From Opitutales bacterium UBA7389 (GTDB lineage Bacteria > Verrucomicrobiota > Verrucomicrobiia > Opitutales > Opitutaceae): DNA of 47,893 nt. Position numbers and translations under genes: made by a program. Location: positions 1 through 47,893 of the forward strand of contig DKNL01000297.1 in assembly GCA_002474325.1 (NCBI GenBank), written 5' to 3'. Of this stretch, positions 40,223 through 47,893 are shown piece after piece (position 1 is the stretch's first letter; each line of letters begins with the position of its first letter). Below the pieces are notes generated by a model. It did not search any database. It worked only from the letters and a program-made list of their open reading frames with translations, and was not told the origin of the DNA.

Positions 40223-41362
40223 TTACCAGCTAATACGGAAAGCGGACGTTAGGCCGTAGCCGATGTAGTTGTCGCCGGAACCGCTCTGGTTGATTCCATA
40301 GTTGTACTCGACAGCATTGTGCCATTTCAGCTTGTGGCCGTAGAGGTACCAGTTGAAGCCGAGCAGCAAGTTGTGGGCGGTCTCAACCTTGGCTGCGTCG
40401 TTTTTGGCGGCATAGCGGGCGAGCTTTACATCCCGCTCCGCGTCCAGACTCGTAACGCTAGCATACTCAACCACGAGTTGCAACTTGTCGCTGAAGTTGT
40501 AGAAAGGCTTGATGCTGAAACCGAGCAGGTCGCTCTGGTCAACACCGAAAGCGGAGTCCTCAACGCCCTTGGAGGTTGCGATATCGGCCCAAATGCCAAG
40601 ACTTTCGTTAATCATCTGCTTGTAGACAAATGCAAGTACGTGCTCGTGATCAGCAGTGCCTACATCCAGCCTGCCTTTGAAGTTACGGTGGTCGGTGGAG
40701 TAATCCGGATCGTTGTACACGTAGTCTAGGCGCCACAAGCCATCTTCACCGACCGCTTGGCCGATGGAAAACAGGCCGAAGTATCCAGCGTCGAAGTGGC
40801 CAAACTCAGCTTCGCCACTAGAGGAGAAAACGCCCGCCTTATAGCTCCATATGTCAATATCGCCACCAACGCTGGCACCAGTGAAGTACTCGGTGCCGAA
40901 CCAGAGGTTTCCGGCAACAATATTGCGTTCCGGAACGATGAGCGACTTGGAAGACGTCGAGCCATCCAGGGTGAAGCCTGCAGACTGCTTGCCGAATTTG
41001 AACTTTGTTTCGCTCGACGGGTTCCATCCCACGTATGTGTCGGTTAGGCGCAGGTAAAAGTCGTCCCAATTGTTGATACCGTCAATGTCCAGGTCAATTT
41101 CGCTGTGCAGCACGACGTCCCTCTCAACGCTCTTTTTTAAGCCGACGCGAAAACGGCGCCAAGCCAGGTCGTCGTTTGATTTGCCTTCTCCATCGAAATG
41201 GTAGGCGTCCCCTTGCAGGCGACCGGTAAAGCCCAGTTTTTTCACTATTGGAGCGTTCCAAATTTTGTCGTAGCTAGCCGAATCTGCCAAAACCCTGGCC
41301 CCTGACGCAAAGCACGCGAGCACAGCACACGCGGCGAGGATGAATTTAATATTGTTACCCAT
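40223..41362 (-). CDS. Phosphate-selective outer-membrane porin (OprO/OprP-like)
   Basis: Signal peptide, TGRLQGD, WRRFRVG, SSKSLIVPER, GFNWYLYGHKLK and a C-terminal aromatic (ISW). First gene of the pst operon. Confidence 0.8.
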   Translation of the reverse strand: MGNNIKFILAACAVLACFASGARVLADSASYDKIWNAPIVKKLGFTGRLQGDAYHFDGEGKSNDDLAWRRFRVGLKKSVERDVVLHSEIDLDIDGINNWDDFYLRLTDTYVGWNPSSETKFKFGKQSAGFTLDGSTSSKSLIVPERNIVAGNLWFGTEYFTGASVGGDIDIWSYKAGVFSSSGEAEFGHFDAGYFGLFSIGQAVGEDGLWRLDYVYNDPDYSTDHRNFKGRLDVGTADHEHVLAFVYKQMINESLGIWADIATSKGVEDSAFGVDQSDLLGFSIKPFYNFSDKLQLVVEYASVTSLDAERDVKLARYAAKNDAAKVETAHNLLLGFNWYLYGHKLKWHNAVEYNYGINQSGSGDNYIGYGLTSAFRISW

Positions 41363-41478
41363 TATTGTCGTTTTTAGATTGTGATTACGGAAGAAGCGAA
41401 AACGACGTTCAAGCTTCGACCTAGCCCTTTGAATCCCTGCACCCTCCTCGCAAGCGTAATTTCACCATGCTGCGAAAA

Positions 41479-41516
41479 GTAACTCGCTCGTAACATTCCC
41501 GTAACCTTTTCGTAAC
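41479..41516 (-). promoter_or_regulatory. Pho-box-like array of four direct repeats at 11-bp period
   Basis: GTAAC at 41479, 41490, 41501 and 41512 (GTTAC on the coding strand), about 120-155 bp upstream of the porin/pst operon. Confidence 0.75.
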
Positions 41517-41519
41517 TTA

Positions 41520-41536
41520 AGGCCTTCGGAAGGCCT
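41520..41536 (-). terminator. Hairpin downstream of the TPR gene, possible terminator
   Basis: AGGCCTTC-G-GAAGGCCT perfect inverted repeat. The U-tract is weak. Confidence 0.35.
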
Positions 41537-41565
41537 CCCGGCTAATTCCACAATTTTATCAATCG

Positions 41566-42510
41566 CTAATCCGTATCGCCTTCTATCAAATCCCTCAAAA
41601 CTTCCAATTCCACCATATCCTGAGCATCCTCCCCGAAAAGCTTATCTAATCTAGCAAGAACATCGCGGGCCGCATCGATGTTTTCGCTGAAGACTTCCGC
41701 TCTAGCGAACTTTATCAAGCGAATCGGATCATAGCATCGATCCGCAAGCGATTGAGCCCAAGGATCATAGGGAGTCTTATCGAAACCCAGGTCATCCCTT
41801 TGTCGCTGCGATTCCAAAGCCGTTTCCCGATCGCCCTGATTCAACGCCACCTCGCTCAATAGAGCATGTATCGATCGAGCTTCAGGCTCTAGCTTGACTG
41901 CTTCAATCAAATGTTCGGATGCATCATCGTAGCTCCCTTGTGCCGAAAATCCCCTCGCCAGGCCAAAGTGTGCCCAAGGCCTCCACACATCGACTTGGAT
42001 TAAGGCATTAAAATGGTGTACCGAATCGAGTATGTGGCCTGAAGCCAAATAAATCGATCCTAACTCATATCGAATATTTAAATACTCGTTGTCCATGCGG
42101 ATGGCCCGCTCAAAAGCGTCAATAGCAATCCGCTTATCACGATAATCTCTCGTCGTTAAGCCTAGAAAATAGGGCCAACGAGGATTCTCAAGATCCAGTA
42201 TAATCAATGTTGAAAAGCATTGCCACGCTTCGCCATAAAATCCATTCGCCATATACAACTCTCCCAAGCTTGCCAACGCCTCCATCCTACCTTCCGTCTC
42301 TTGGAAACCCGCATGGACGTTCTTGAGCTCCTCTAGAAATTCTCGAGGCCATCCGGCCAGATTTGGAATAGCGGGAATTCCTTGGATCAGTTCCGCTTCG
42401 ATTATCGACTCGCCAGCCTCTGAAGTTTTTCGATCAATCTCCCTTAGTAAGAATCCCAATACAACCGCTGCTGCAATAAGCACGTAGATCTGTTTGGGCA
42501 ACCGACGCAT
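41566..42510 (-). CDS. Membrane-anchored TPR protein
   Basis: N-terminal TM and several TPR motifs (LGELYMANG, WPYFLG, YELGSIYLASG, AHFGLAR). Confidence 0.8.
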   Translation of the reverse strand: MRRLPKQIYVLIAAAVVLGFLLREIDRKTSEAGESIIEAELIQGIPAIPNLAGWPREFLEELKNVHAGFQETEGRMEALASLGELYMANGFYGEAWQCFSTLIILDLENPRWPYFLGLTTRDYRDKRIAIDAFERAIRMDNEYLNIRYELGSIYLASGHILDSVHHFNALIQVDVWRPWAHFGLARGFSAQGSYDDASEHLIEAVKLEPEARSIHALLSEVALNQGDRETALESQRQRDDLGFDKTPYDPWAQSLADRCYDPIRLIKFARAEVFSENIDAARDVLARLDKLFGEDAQDMVELEVLRDLIEGDTD

Positions 42511-42531
42511 AACCCCTTACCTAAAACTCAA

Positions 42532-43084
42532 CTAAACTGACCGAGAACTAGTTCCTGTTGGGGCCGATTCCGTTTGCTTGGCCAAACGCCCATCTTCCGA
42601 TGCACCTAAGAATGCGAGCTTCTCTTGATTCTCGATAAAGAACTGTGGGTCTAACTCCACATCCGGAACCGGATATTCTATCTTACTCGGCCGATGGATA
42701 TACCACAAATATCCCGCCTCCTTGTGTTTCAACCTAAGAAGCCGGCGCCGCTCTAGCATTAGGCTAAGGAGGCGCTTAAGTTCCGAGTTTTCCTCACTGG
42801 GACCATCTTCGCCTTCAAACAGACTGACAAATAGATTGTCGGCGGTCAGTTTCAATGCCTCTTGAACCTCTTTATCGTGCTGGTCTCTGGGCTTGAAAAG
42901 CTGGGTCCACCTGCAAATCAAATCACCTAATATTCGATAGTCGGACTCCTCGGATTCCCTTAAATCGATACGCTCGATTTCACTATCTACCCGAACGAGC
43001 AAACTCGCCACGCGGTCATCTCTCTCAAAGGGCTCGCCAGAAAAAGCAGAACTGCGGGAAATGGGAGATATATGCCAATCCATC
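42532..43084 (-). CDS. Hypothetical protein
   Basis: Start placed at ATG 43084 (MMDWHI). Contains LLSLMLERRRLL. No function assigned. Confidence 0.7.
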
Positions 43085-43186
43085 ATAAAAACGAAGAGTG
43101 AACCGAACGCGGTTTCCACTGGCTAGAAAATTCTTCGAAAACGTATTGAGCTCGCTTCCGTTTTTGAGCGCTCCAACCTTAAAACC

Positions 43187-44068
43187 ATGCCCAGCTCGCG
43201 ACAAAATAATGCAGATCTAACGCAATCAATGGCACTCATAGTAGTCGATATTCAGGATTGTTTCATCGATACGCTTGCCAACAAAGACGAGTTTCTAAGG
43301 CGGTGCGCCTTTGCCATCGATGCCGCCCAAACGCTTGGAATAGAGACCATCTTCACAGAGCAAGTCCCCGATAAAATCGGTTCGACGAACACCCTACTCA
43401 AACAACGAGCCCACAATGCAAAGGTCTTTTCCAAAAAGAGCTTTTCTGCACTGGCCGCGCCCGGGATTGAATCATATTTGCGAGATCACGAGATTTATCA
43501 TGTACTTGTTTGCGGTCTGGAAACTCCTATCTGTATCTATCAAACGGCTCTTCAATCCATTGATGAAGATATCGACGCCACTTTTCTTACAGATGCTCTT
43601 GGATGTCGCCGCACTGAAGACGGCCGACAAGCTATTGCGGCGATTCGCCAACTGGACTGCCAAACGCTTCCTTCTGAGACTGTTTTCTACAGCTTGCTTG
43701 GCTCCGCAACTCATCCGAATTTTCGATCTTTCTCTAAGCTCGTCGCAACCTATTCAAATTCGAGGATATCCACGCAGAAAATCCTGTCTGAAAAACCAGA
43801 TACAGCTCGAATTCGATCCCAGTCTTCCTCAAGCGGAACCTCAAAAGGTTCTGGCAAAAAGCATGAAGGGCCGAAGAGCAAGGCTTGCGAGAGCAAGAAG
43901 GCCTCCTCCACGCTTAAGAAGAAATTAGCCAAAAAACGAACTTCGCAATCAGGCAAAAGGAAAGAAGCTCCGAGTGGGCGAAATTCAGCCAAAAAGAAGC
44001 CGGCTAAGAAAAAATTAGGGGAAAAACAAGGCTCCCGAAAAGTGGCCAAAGTCAAAACACATGGGTGA
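43187..44068 (+). CDS. Isochorismatase-family cysteine hydrolase with Lys-rich C-terminal tail
   Basis: VVDIQ, TEQVP, KKSFS and GLETPICIYQTA give the D-K-C triad. The last ~90 aa are Lys/Ser-rich. Confidence 0.85.
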   Translation: MPSSRQNNADLTQSMALIVVDIQDCFIDTLANKDEFLRRCAFAIDAAQTLGIETIFTEQVPDKIGSTNTLLKQRAHNAKVFSKKSFSALAAPGIESYLRDHEIYHVLVCGLETPICIYQTALQSIDEDIDATFLTDALGCRRTEDGRQAIAAIRQLDCQTLPSETVFYSLLGSATHPNFRSFSKLVATYSNSRISTQKILSEKPDTARIRSQSSSSGTSKGSGKKHEGPKSKACESKKASSTLKKKLAKKRTSQSGKRKEAPSGRNSAKKKPAKKKLGEKQGSRKVAKVKTHG

Positions 44069-45083
44069 TTCGAGCCCCAGGATGAATATCTATTTTCATT
44101 TCCAGGTCTTTCGATTTTTCGAAAATTCGGCTGAAGGCTATCATCCCGGCATTGTCTCCTGTATGTTCTTTTCTCGCCAGCAGAGGAGTCAAGCGTGCCC
44201 CGATTGCAAGATCCCGAAATCGTTGCCGCAACAATCCGTTATTGGAGACACCGCCCGATAGCCCTACGCTCCGGTATTCGCGATTACGCAAAGCCTTTCC
44301 AGTTTTTTGTATTAGAGCATCAACTACAGCTTCCTGATAAGACGAACAAATATCGGGTAGCCGCCTATCGAGCTCAGCCTCGGAAATGCCTTCGAGCAGG
44401 TAACGCAAACTAGTCTTTAATCCCGAGAAGCTAAAGTCGAAATTCGCTCTTTCCATCAGTGCCCTAGGGAAGTCATAGGCTTCTGAGTTTCCCGACCTGG
44501 CTATAGCTTCCAATTTCGGTCCTCCCGGATAGCCTAAGCCTAGCAGCTTGGCTCCTTTATCGAGCGCTTCGCCGGCCGCATCGTCTATCGTTTCCCCGAT
44601 CAGTTCTATCAATCGGTCTTCATCGATATGAGCCAAGAGCGTATTTCCACCTGAAACGATTAAGGAAAGATGGGGCAGCATTCGATCGAGCTCAGCATCA
44701 AAATCGCTAGGACTGGCTGCGTGGGTCTCGATAAAAACGGAATGGGCGTGGGCTCTCAAATGGTTCGCGGCGTAAACTGGGATGTTAAGAGATATGGACA
44801 ATGCGTTGCCCACGGCTATGCCCATCGCCAAACAACCTGCCAACCCGGGTCCGGCCGTCACGACGATTTCGTCGATTTCTGCGAAACTGTACTGTTTGCG
44901 AAGCTCTCTTAATAGCGGAGCGAAATTCGACAAATGCTCTCTACTTGCCAACTCAGGAACCACTCCGCCGTATTCAGCATGCAATGTCACCTGGCTACTG
45001 ACCCATTCGCCCACGATTCCTTTCGACCGATCGAGCAGTGCCAAAGCTGATTCGTCGCATGAACTTTCTATACCGAGAATCAT
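44052..45083 (-). CDS. tsaD: tRNA N6-adenosine threonylcarbamoyltransferase TsaD
   Basis: MILGIESSCDE (ATG 45083), GGVVPELASREH, NHLRAH, DDAAGEALDK, FSFSGLKT, GGVSNN and DNAGMIA. Confidence 0.95.
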   Translation of the reverse strand: MILGIESSCDESALALLDRSKGIVGEWVSSQVTLHAEYGGVVPELASREHLSNFAPLLRELRKQYSFAEIDEIVVTAGPGLAGCLAMGIAVGNALSISLNIPVYAANHLRAHAHSVFIETHAASPSDFDAELDRMLPHLSLIVSGGNTLLAHIDEDRLIELIGETIDDAAGEALDKGAKLLGLGYPGGPKLEAIARSGNSEAYDFPRALMERANFDFSFSGLKTSLRYLLEGISEAELDRRLPDICSSYQEAVVDALIQKTGKALRNREYRSVGLSGGVSNNGLLRQRFRDLAIGARLTPLLARKEHTGDNAGMIAFSRIFEKSKDLEMKIDIHPGARITHVF

Positions 45084-45084
45084 C

Positions 45085-46347
45085 CTAGGACTGAGCAACA
45101 ATTGCCTCGAGCAAGTCCACAGCCTTATTCAGCTGCTTGTCCTCAATGGGTTCGAACTCGAATTGCTCTACGAATTCCTCCGTCGGCATGGTTTTCAACC
45201 GACTCCGTTGAATTATGAGATTGGCCTCTTCTTGCGGCGATATTTCAACGACGATATCCGGTTCCACGCCCCTCTCATGAATCACATAGCCACCCGGCGT
45301 GTAGTATTTGGCGGTTGTCAGTTTCAAACCGGTATCAGAGCCCAATGGCAATATACTCTGGACAGACCCTTTGCCGAAAGTCTTATCGCCGACCAGCTTT
45401 GCTCGACCAGAGTCCTTCAAGGCTCCTGCTAAGATTTCCGAGGCGCTCGCCGAACCAGGATTTATGAGTACAGCCAGTGGAAATTCATGGTACTGACCAT
45501 GGTTCACAGCTAGCCATTCCTCCGACATCGAATCATGACGCCCTTTTGTGGATACAATCAACTCTCCGTGGGGAAGAAACTGGCTTGCCACTTCTACAGC
45601 CGAGTCAAGCAATCCCCCAGGGTTGTTACGCAAGTCGATTATCAAAGCCTGCATCCCTCTCTCCAAAAGAAATTCTACTACCTCAGAAAGCTCCTCCCCC
45701 GTTCTTCTACCAAATTGGGAAATCCGCAAGTAGCCTATTCCCTCATTAAGAATCTCGGCACCATGAACATTATCCACTTCTATGAGCTCCCGTATAATCT
45801 CAAGTTTCAGTCGGTCCGGCTCATTCTCCCTGACCACCGAAATCGCCACTTTTGTACCCGGACGCCCTTTTAGTTTGGCAACAGACTCCGTAAAGCCCAG
45901 ACCCTTCAGACTTTCACCGTCGACCTCTACAATTCGGTCCCCCCGTAGTAGGCCGGCTTTTTCTCCAGGCGTGCCTTCGAGCGGAGTCACCACCGTGACA
46001 TACTCATCCCGCATCTCTACTTGCACTCCTATACCTCCAAACTCTTGCTTCGTGTCTTCGTCCAACCGTTTCAGACGCTCGAAATCGAGGTATTCCGAGT
46101 AAGGATCCAATTGGGAAATCATGCCTTCCATGGCCGACTCGGTCAGGACCCCTATTTCAGAAGCATCGCCATCGACATGATAGGCATTGATGAACTCAAG
46201 GGCCTTCTTTAGTTCAGAAGACCTCTCCCGGGACTCCAAATAGTTTCCGATTCCACCCTGTCGTGATAAGTCGCCAAGGAAGCGATACCCCAACACCAAC
46301 GATAGGGCTGCCGCGCTAATCAGTACTGTTCTTTTAGCCAATTCCAT
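45085..46347 (-). CDS. ctpA: C-terminal processing peptidase (S41A) with PDZ domain
   Basis: LDPYS, FGGIG, DLRNNPGG, SASASEI and TFGKGSVQ. Start placed at ATG 46347 (MELAKR). Confidence 0.93.
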   Translation of the reverse strand: MELAKRTVLISAAALSLVLGYRFLGDLSRQGGIGNYLESRERSSELKKALEFINAYHVDGDASEIGVLTESAMEGMISQLDPYSEYLDFERLKRLDEDTKQEFGGIGVQVEMRDEYVTVVTPLEGTPGEKAGLLRGDRIVEVDGESLKGLGFTESVAKLKGRPGTKVAISVVRENEPDRLKLEIIRELIEVDNVHGAEILNEGIGYLRISQFGRRTGEELSEVVEFLLERGMQALIIDLRNNPGGLLDSAVEVASQFLPHGELIVSTKGRHDSMSEEWLAVNHGQYHEFPLAVLINPGSASASEILAGALKDSGRAKLVGDKTFGKGSVQSILPLGSDTGLKLTTAKYYTPGGYVIHERGVEPDIVVEISPQEEANLIIQRSRLKTMPTEEFVEQFEFEPIEDKQLNKAVDLLEAIVAQS

Positions 46348-46439
46348 TTCTGCAAATTGCCCCTTGCATAAAGGGTCCAATCAATCCTTTTGATCAACTT
46401 CCCAGTCGATTCGCATAACAACGAGAGTCAAAAACATAA

Positions 46440-47435
46440 ATGGAATTCAGACCCATAGAATCATCGGAGGTTAGGTCCATTCTCGAAAATGCATGCGACA
46501 CCAAGGGTTCAATTGGATTCAGAAAATTCATCGAAATAGCCCTATATCACCCTAAGATCGGCTACTATCGATCAGATCGGCCGCGAATTGGTAAAAGCCG
46601 GGAGTCCGACTTCTTCACCGCCAGCAGCCTCAAATCGGCGTTTGCCCCAATTATTCTGGAAGCCTCAATAAACTTGGCTAAAGCCATTTCGCTAAACCCA
46701 AATGAACTCGCCTGGATTGAAATCGGGCCTGAACCGGGCAATCAGCTATTTAGCGATATCGAAACCCCATTCCGAACAATCACCTCAATCGCTTTGGGCG
46801 AATCCTTTCAAATCGAGGGGCCCGCAATCGTTTTCTCCAACGAAGTATTTGATGCTCAACCATTTTCGAGCGTCGTCTATCGCCAAGGCTGCTGGCTAGA
46901 AAAACGATTTGAAGTGAGTGATGAAGGAATCCGCACCATCGAGTGCCAGCCCCGGTCGGACGACATACTGGACAGATTGCCAGATCTTCCCCATCCGACA
47001 TCGGAAGGCTATAACATCGATCTGCCAACTGGAGCGAGCGACTTGCTCGAGGATATAGCCGGACTCGATTGGCAAGGCGTATTCCTCGCGTTCGATTACG
47101 GGAAAACTTGGCAAAGCCTGGCATTCGACACCGCCCAAGGAACAGGACGAGCCTATAGCTCGCACCAACAATATAGCGAGCTTCTGGAAAGGATAGGGCA
47201 ACAAGACATCACCTGCCATATTTGCTGGGATTGGCTAATCCATAAATTGGAAAAACATGGCTTCAAATCGATTGATTTGCAAAGCCAAGAATCGTTTATA
47301 CTACGCGGCGCCCCCGCGTTCTTGAAACGGGCTTTCGAGGGAGAAAACGATCAAATGGGGCCCCTGCGACAGCTTGTCCATCCGACTATGATGGGCCAAA
47401 AGTTCCAGGCTCTCAGCGCCATACGCACGGCCTAG
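46440..47435 (+). CDS. SAM-dependent methyltransferase, MidA/NDUFAF7 family
   Basis: ALYHPKIGYY, DFFTA, EIGP, SNEVFDAQP, FDYG and GQQDITCH. Confidence 0.88.
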   Translation: MEFRPIESSEVRSILENACDTKGSIGFRKFIEIALYHPKIGYYRSDRPRIGKSRESDFFTASSLKSAFAPIILEASINLAKAISLNPNELAWIEIGPEPGNQLFSDIETPFRTITSIALGESFQIEGPAIVFSNEVFDAQPFSSVVYRQGCWLEKRFEVSDEGIRTIECQPRSDDILDRLPDLPHPTSEGYNIDLPTGASDLLEDIAGLDWQGVFLAFDYGKTWQSLAFDTAQGTGRAYSSHQQYSELLERIGQQDITCHICWDWLIHKLEKHGFKSIDLQSQESFILRGAPAFLKRAFEGENDQMGPLRQLVHPTMMGQKFQALSAIRTA

Positions 47436-47532
47436 ATCCCCACGAAGATTTCGCAGCCCAATTTTTGGAAAAAACTGCTTGCCAACCAAAGAGCCCTCCC
47501 CTTTCTTCCACCGTTCTCAATCAACTTCAGTC

Positions 47533-47763
47533 ATGGCTAGAATTTGCGCAATTACCGGTAAACGCCCCACCACAGGCAGTAGAATTAATCGTAAGGGACA
47601 ATCAAAGAAAAGCGGCGGTATCGGCACGCACGTCACCAAGGCCACAACCCGCAAGTTCCGCCCCAACGTACAGCGAGTCAAAGTTCGCCTCCCCTCCGGC
47701 CAAGTGAAACGCATGTGGGTGAGCGTAAAAGCTATTAAAGCCGGAATGATCGAGAAGGCCTAA
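47533..47763 (+). CDS. rpmB: 50S ribosomal protein L28
   Basis: MARICAITGK...KKSGGIG...RKFRPNVQ...VSVKAIK. ATG at 47533. Confidence 0.95.
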   Translation: MARICAITGKRPTTGSRINRKGQSKKSGGIGTHVTKATTRKFRPNVQRVKVRLPSGQVKRMWVSVKAIKAGMIEKA

Positions 47764-47788
47764 CGCCGCGTCAAAAAACCGAATTTCG

Positions 47789-47828
47789 AAGCCGCATCCT
47801 AAATGAACTTGGGATTGCGGCTTTTTTT
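47789..47828 (+). terminator. Rho-independent terminator after rpmB
   Basis: AAGCCGCA-TCC...GGA-T-TGCGGCTT stem running into a T7 tract. Confidence 0.8.
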
Positions 47829-47893
47829 GTTCTCCCGCAATTTGCCTAGATCTGAAAATCGACGTCCCCCGACGGCTCATGGAGCCCGCACTC

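Overview
Bacterial chromosomal window with dense, mostly minus-strand coding. The gene content and protein style suggest Verrucomicrobia (Opitutae); this is an inference, not a search result. From left to right: the start of an alternative complex III operon (actA-actB-actC, running off the left edge), a LolC/E-LolD-type ABC pair, and a type II secretion cluster in the order gspG-H-I-J-K-L-M-D-C-E-F. A mixed housekeeping stretch follows (udg, riboflavin synthase, Tat oxidoreductase, GNAT, pdxH, fpg, hslO) with at least two damaged genes: a truncated rhodanese and an SBF-like transporter with an in-frame TAG. Then come a CRTAC1/ASPIC-UnbV protein, a complete phosphate-uptake operon (porin-pstS-pstC-pstA-pstB-phoU), and a TPR protein, isochorismatase, tsaD, ctpA, a MidA-like methyltransferase and rpmB. 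I saw no rRNA, tRNA, CRISPR array or transposase. The best non-annotated signals are four GTAAC repeats at 11-bp phase upstream of the pst operon (Pho-box-like), a GTAG-type REP doublet inside the T2SS operon, a perfect 26-bp palindrome upstream of fpg, an identical 11-mer at the same offset before hslO and pstC, and two DNA-repair enzymes lacking canonical metal ligands. I cannot show that a wholly new system is present; the T2SS-Lol-ACIII neighbourhood and the cis-elements are the best candidates.
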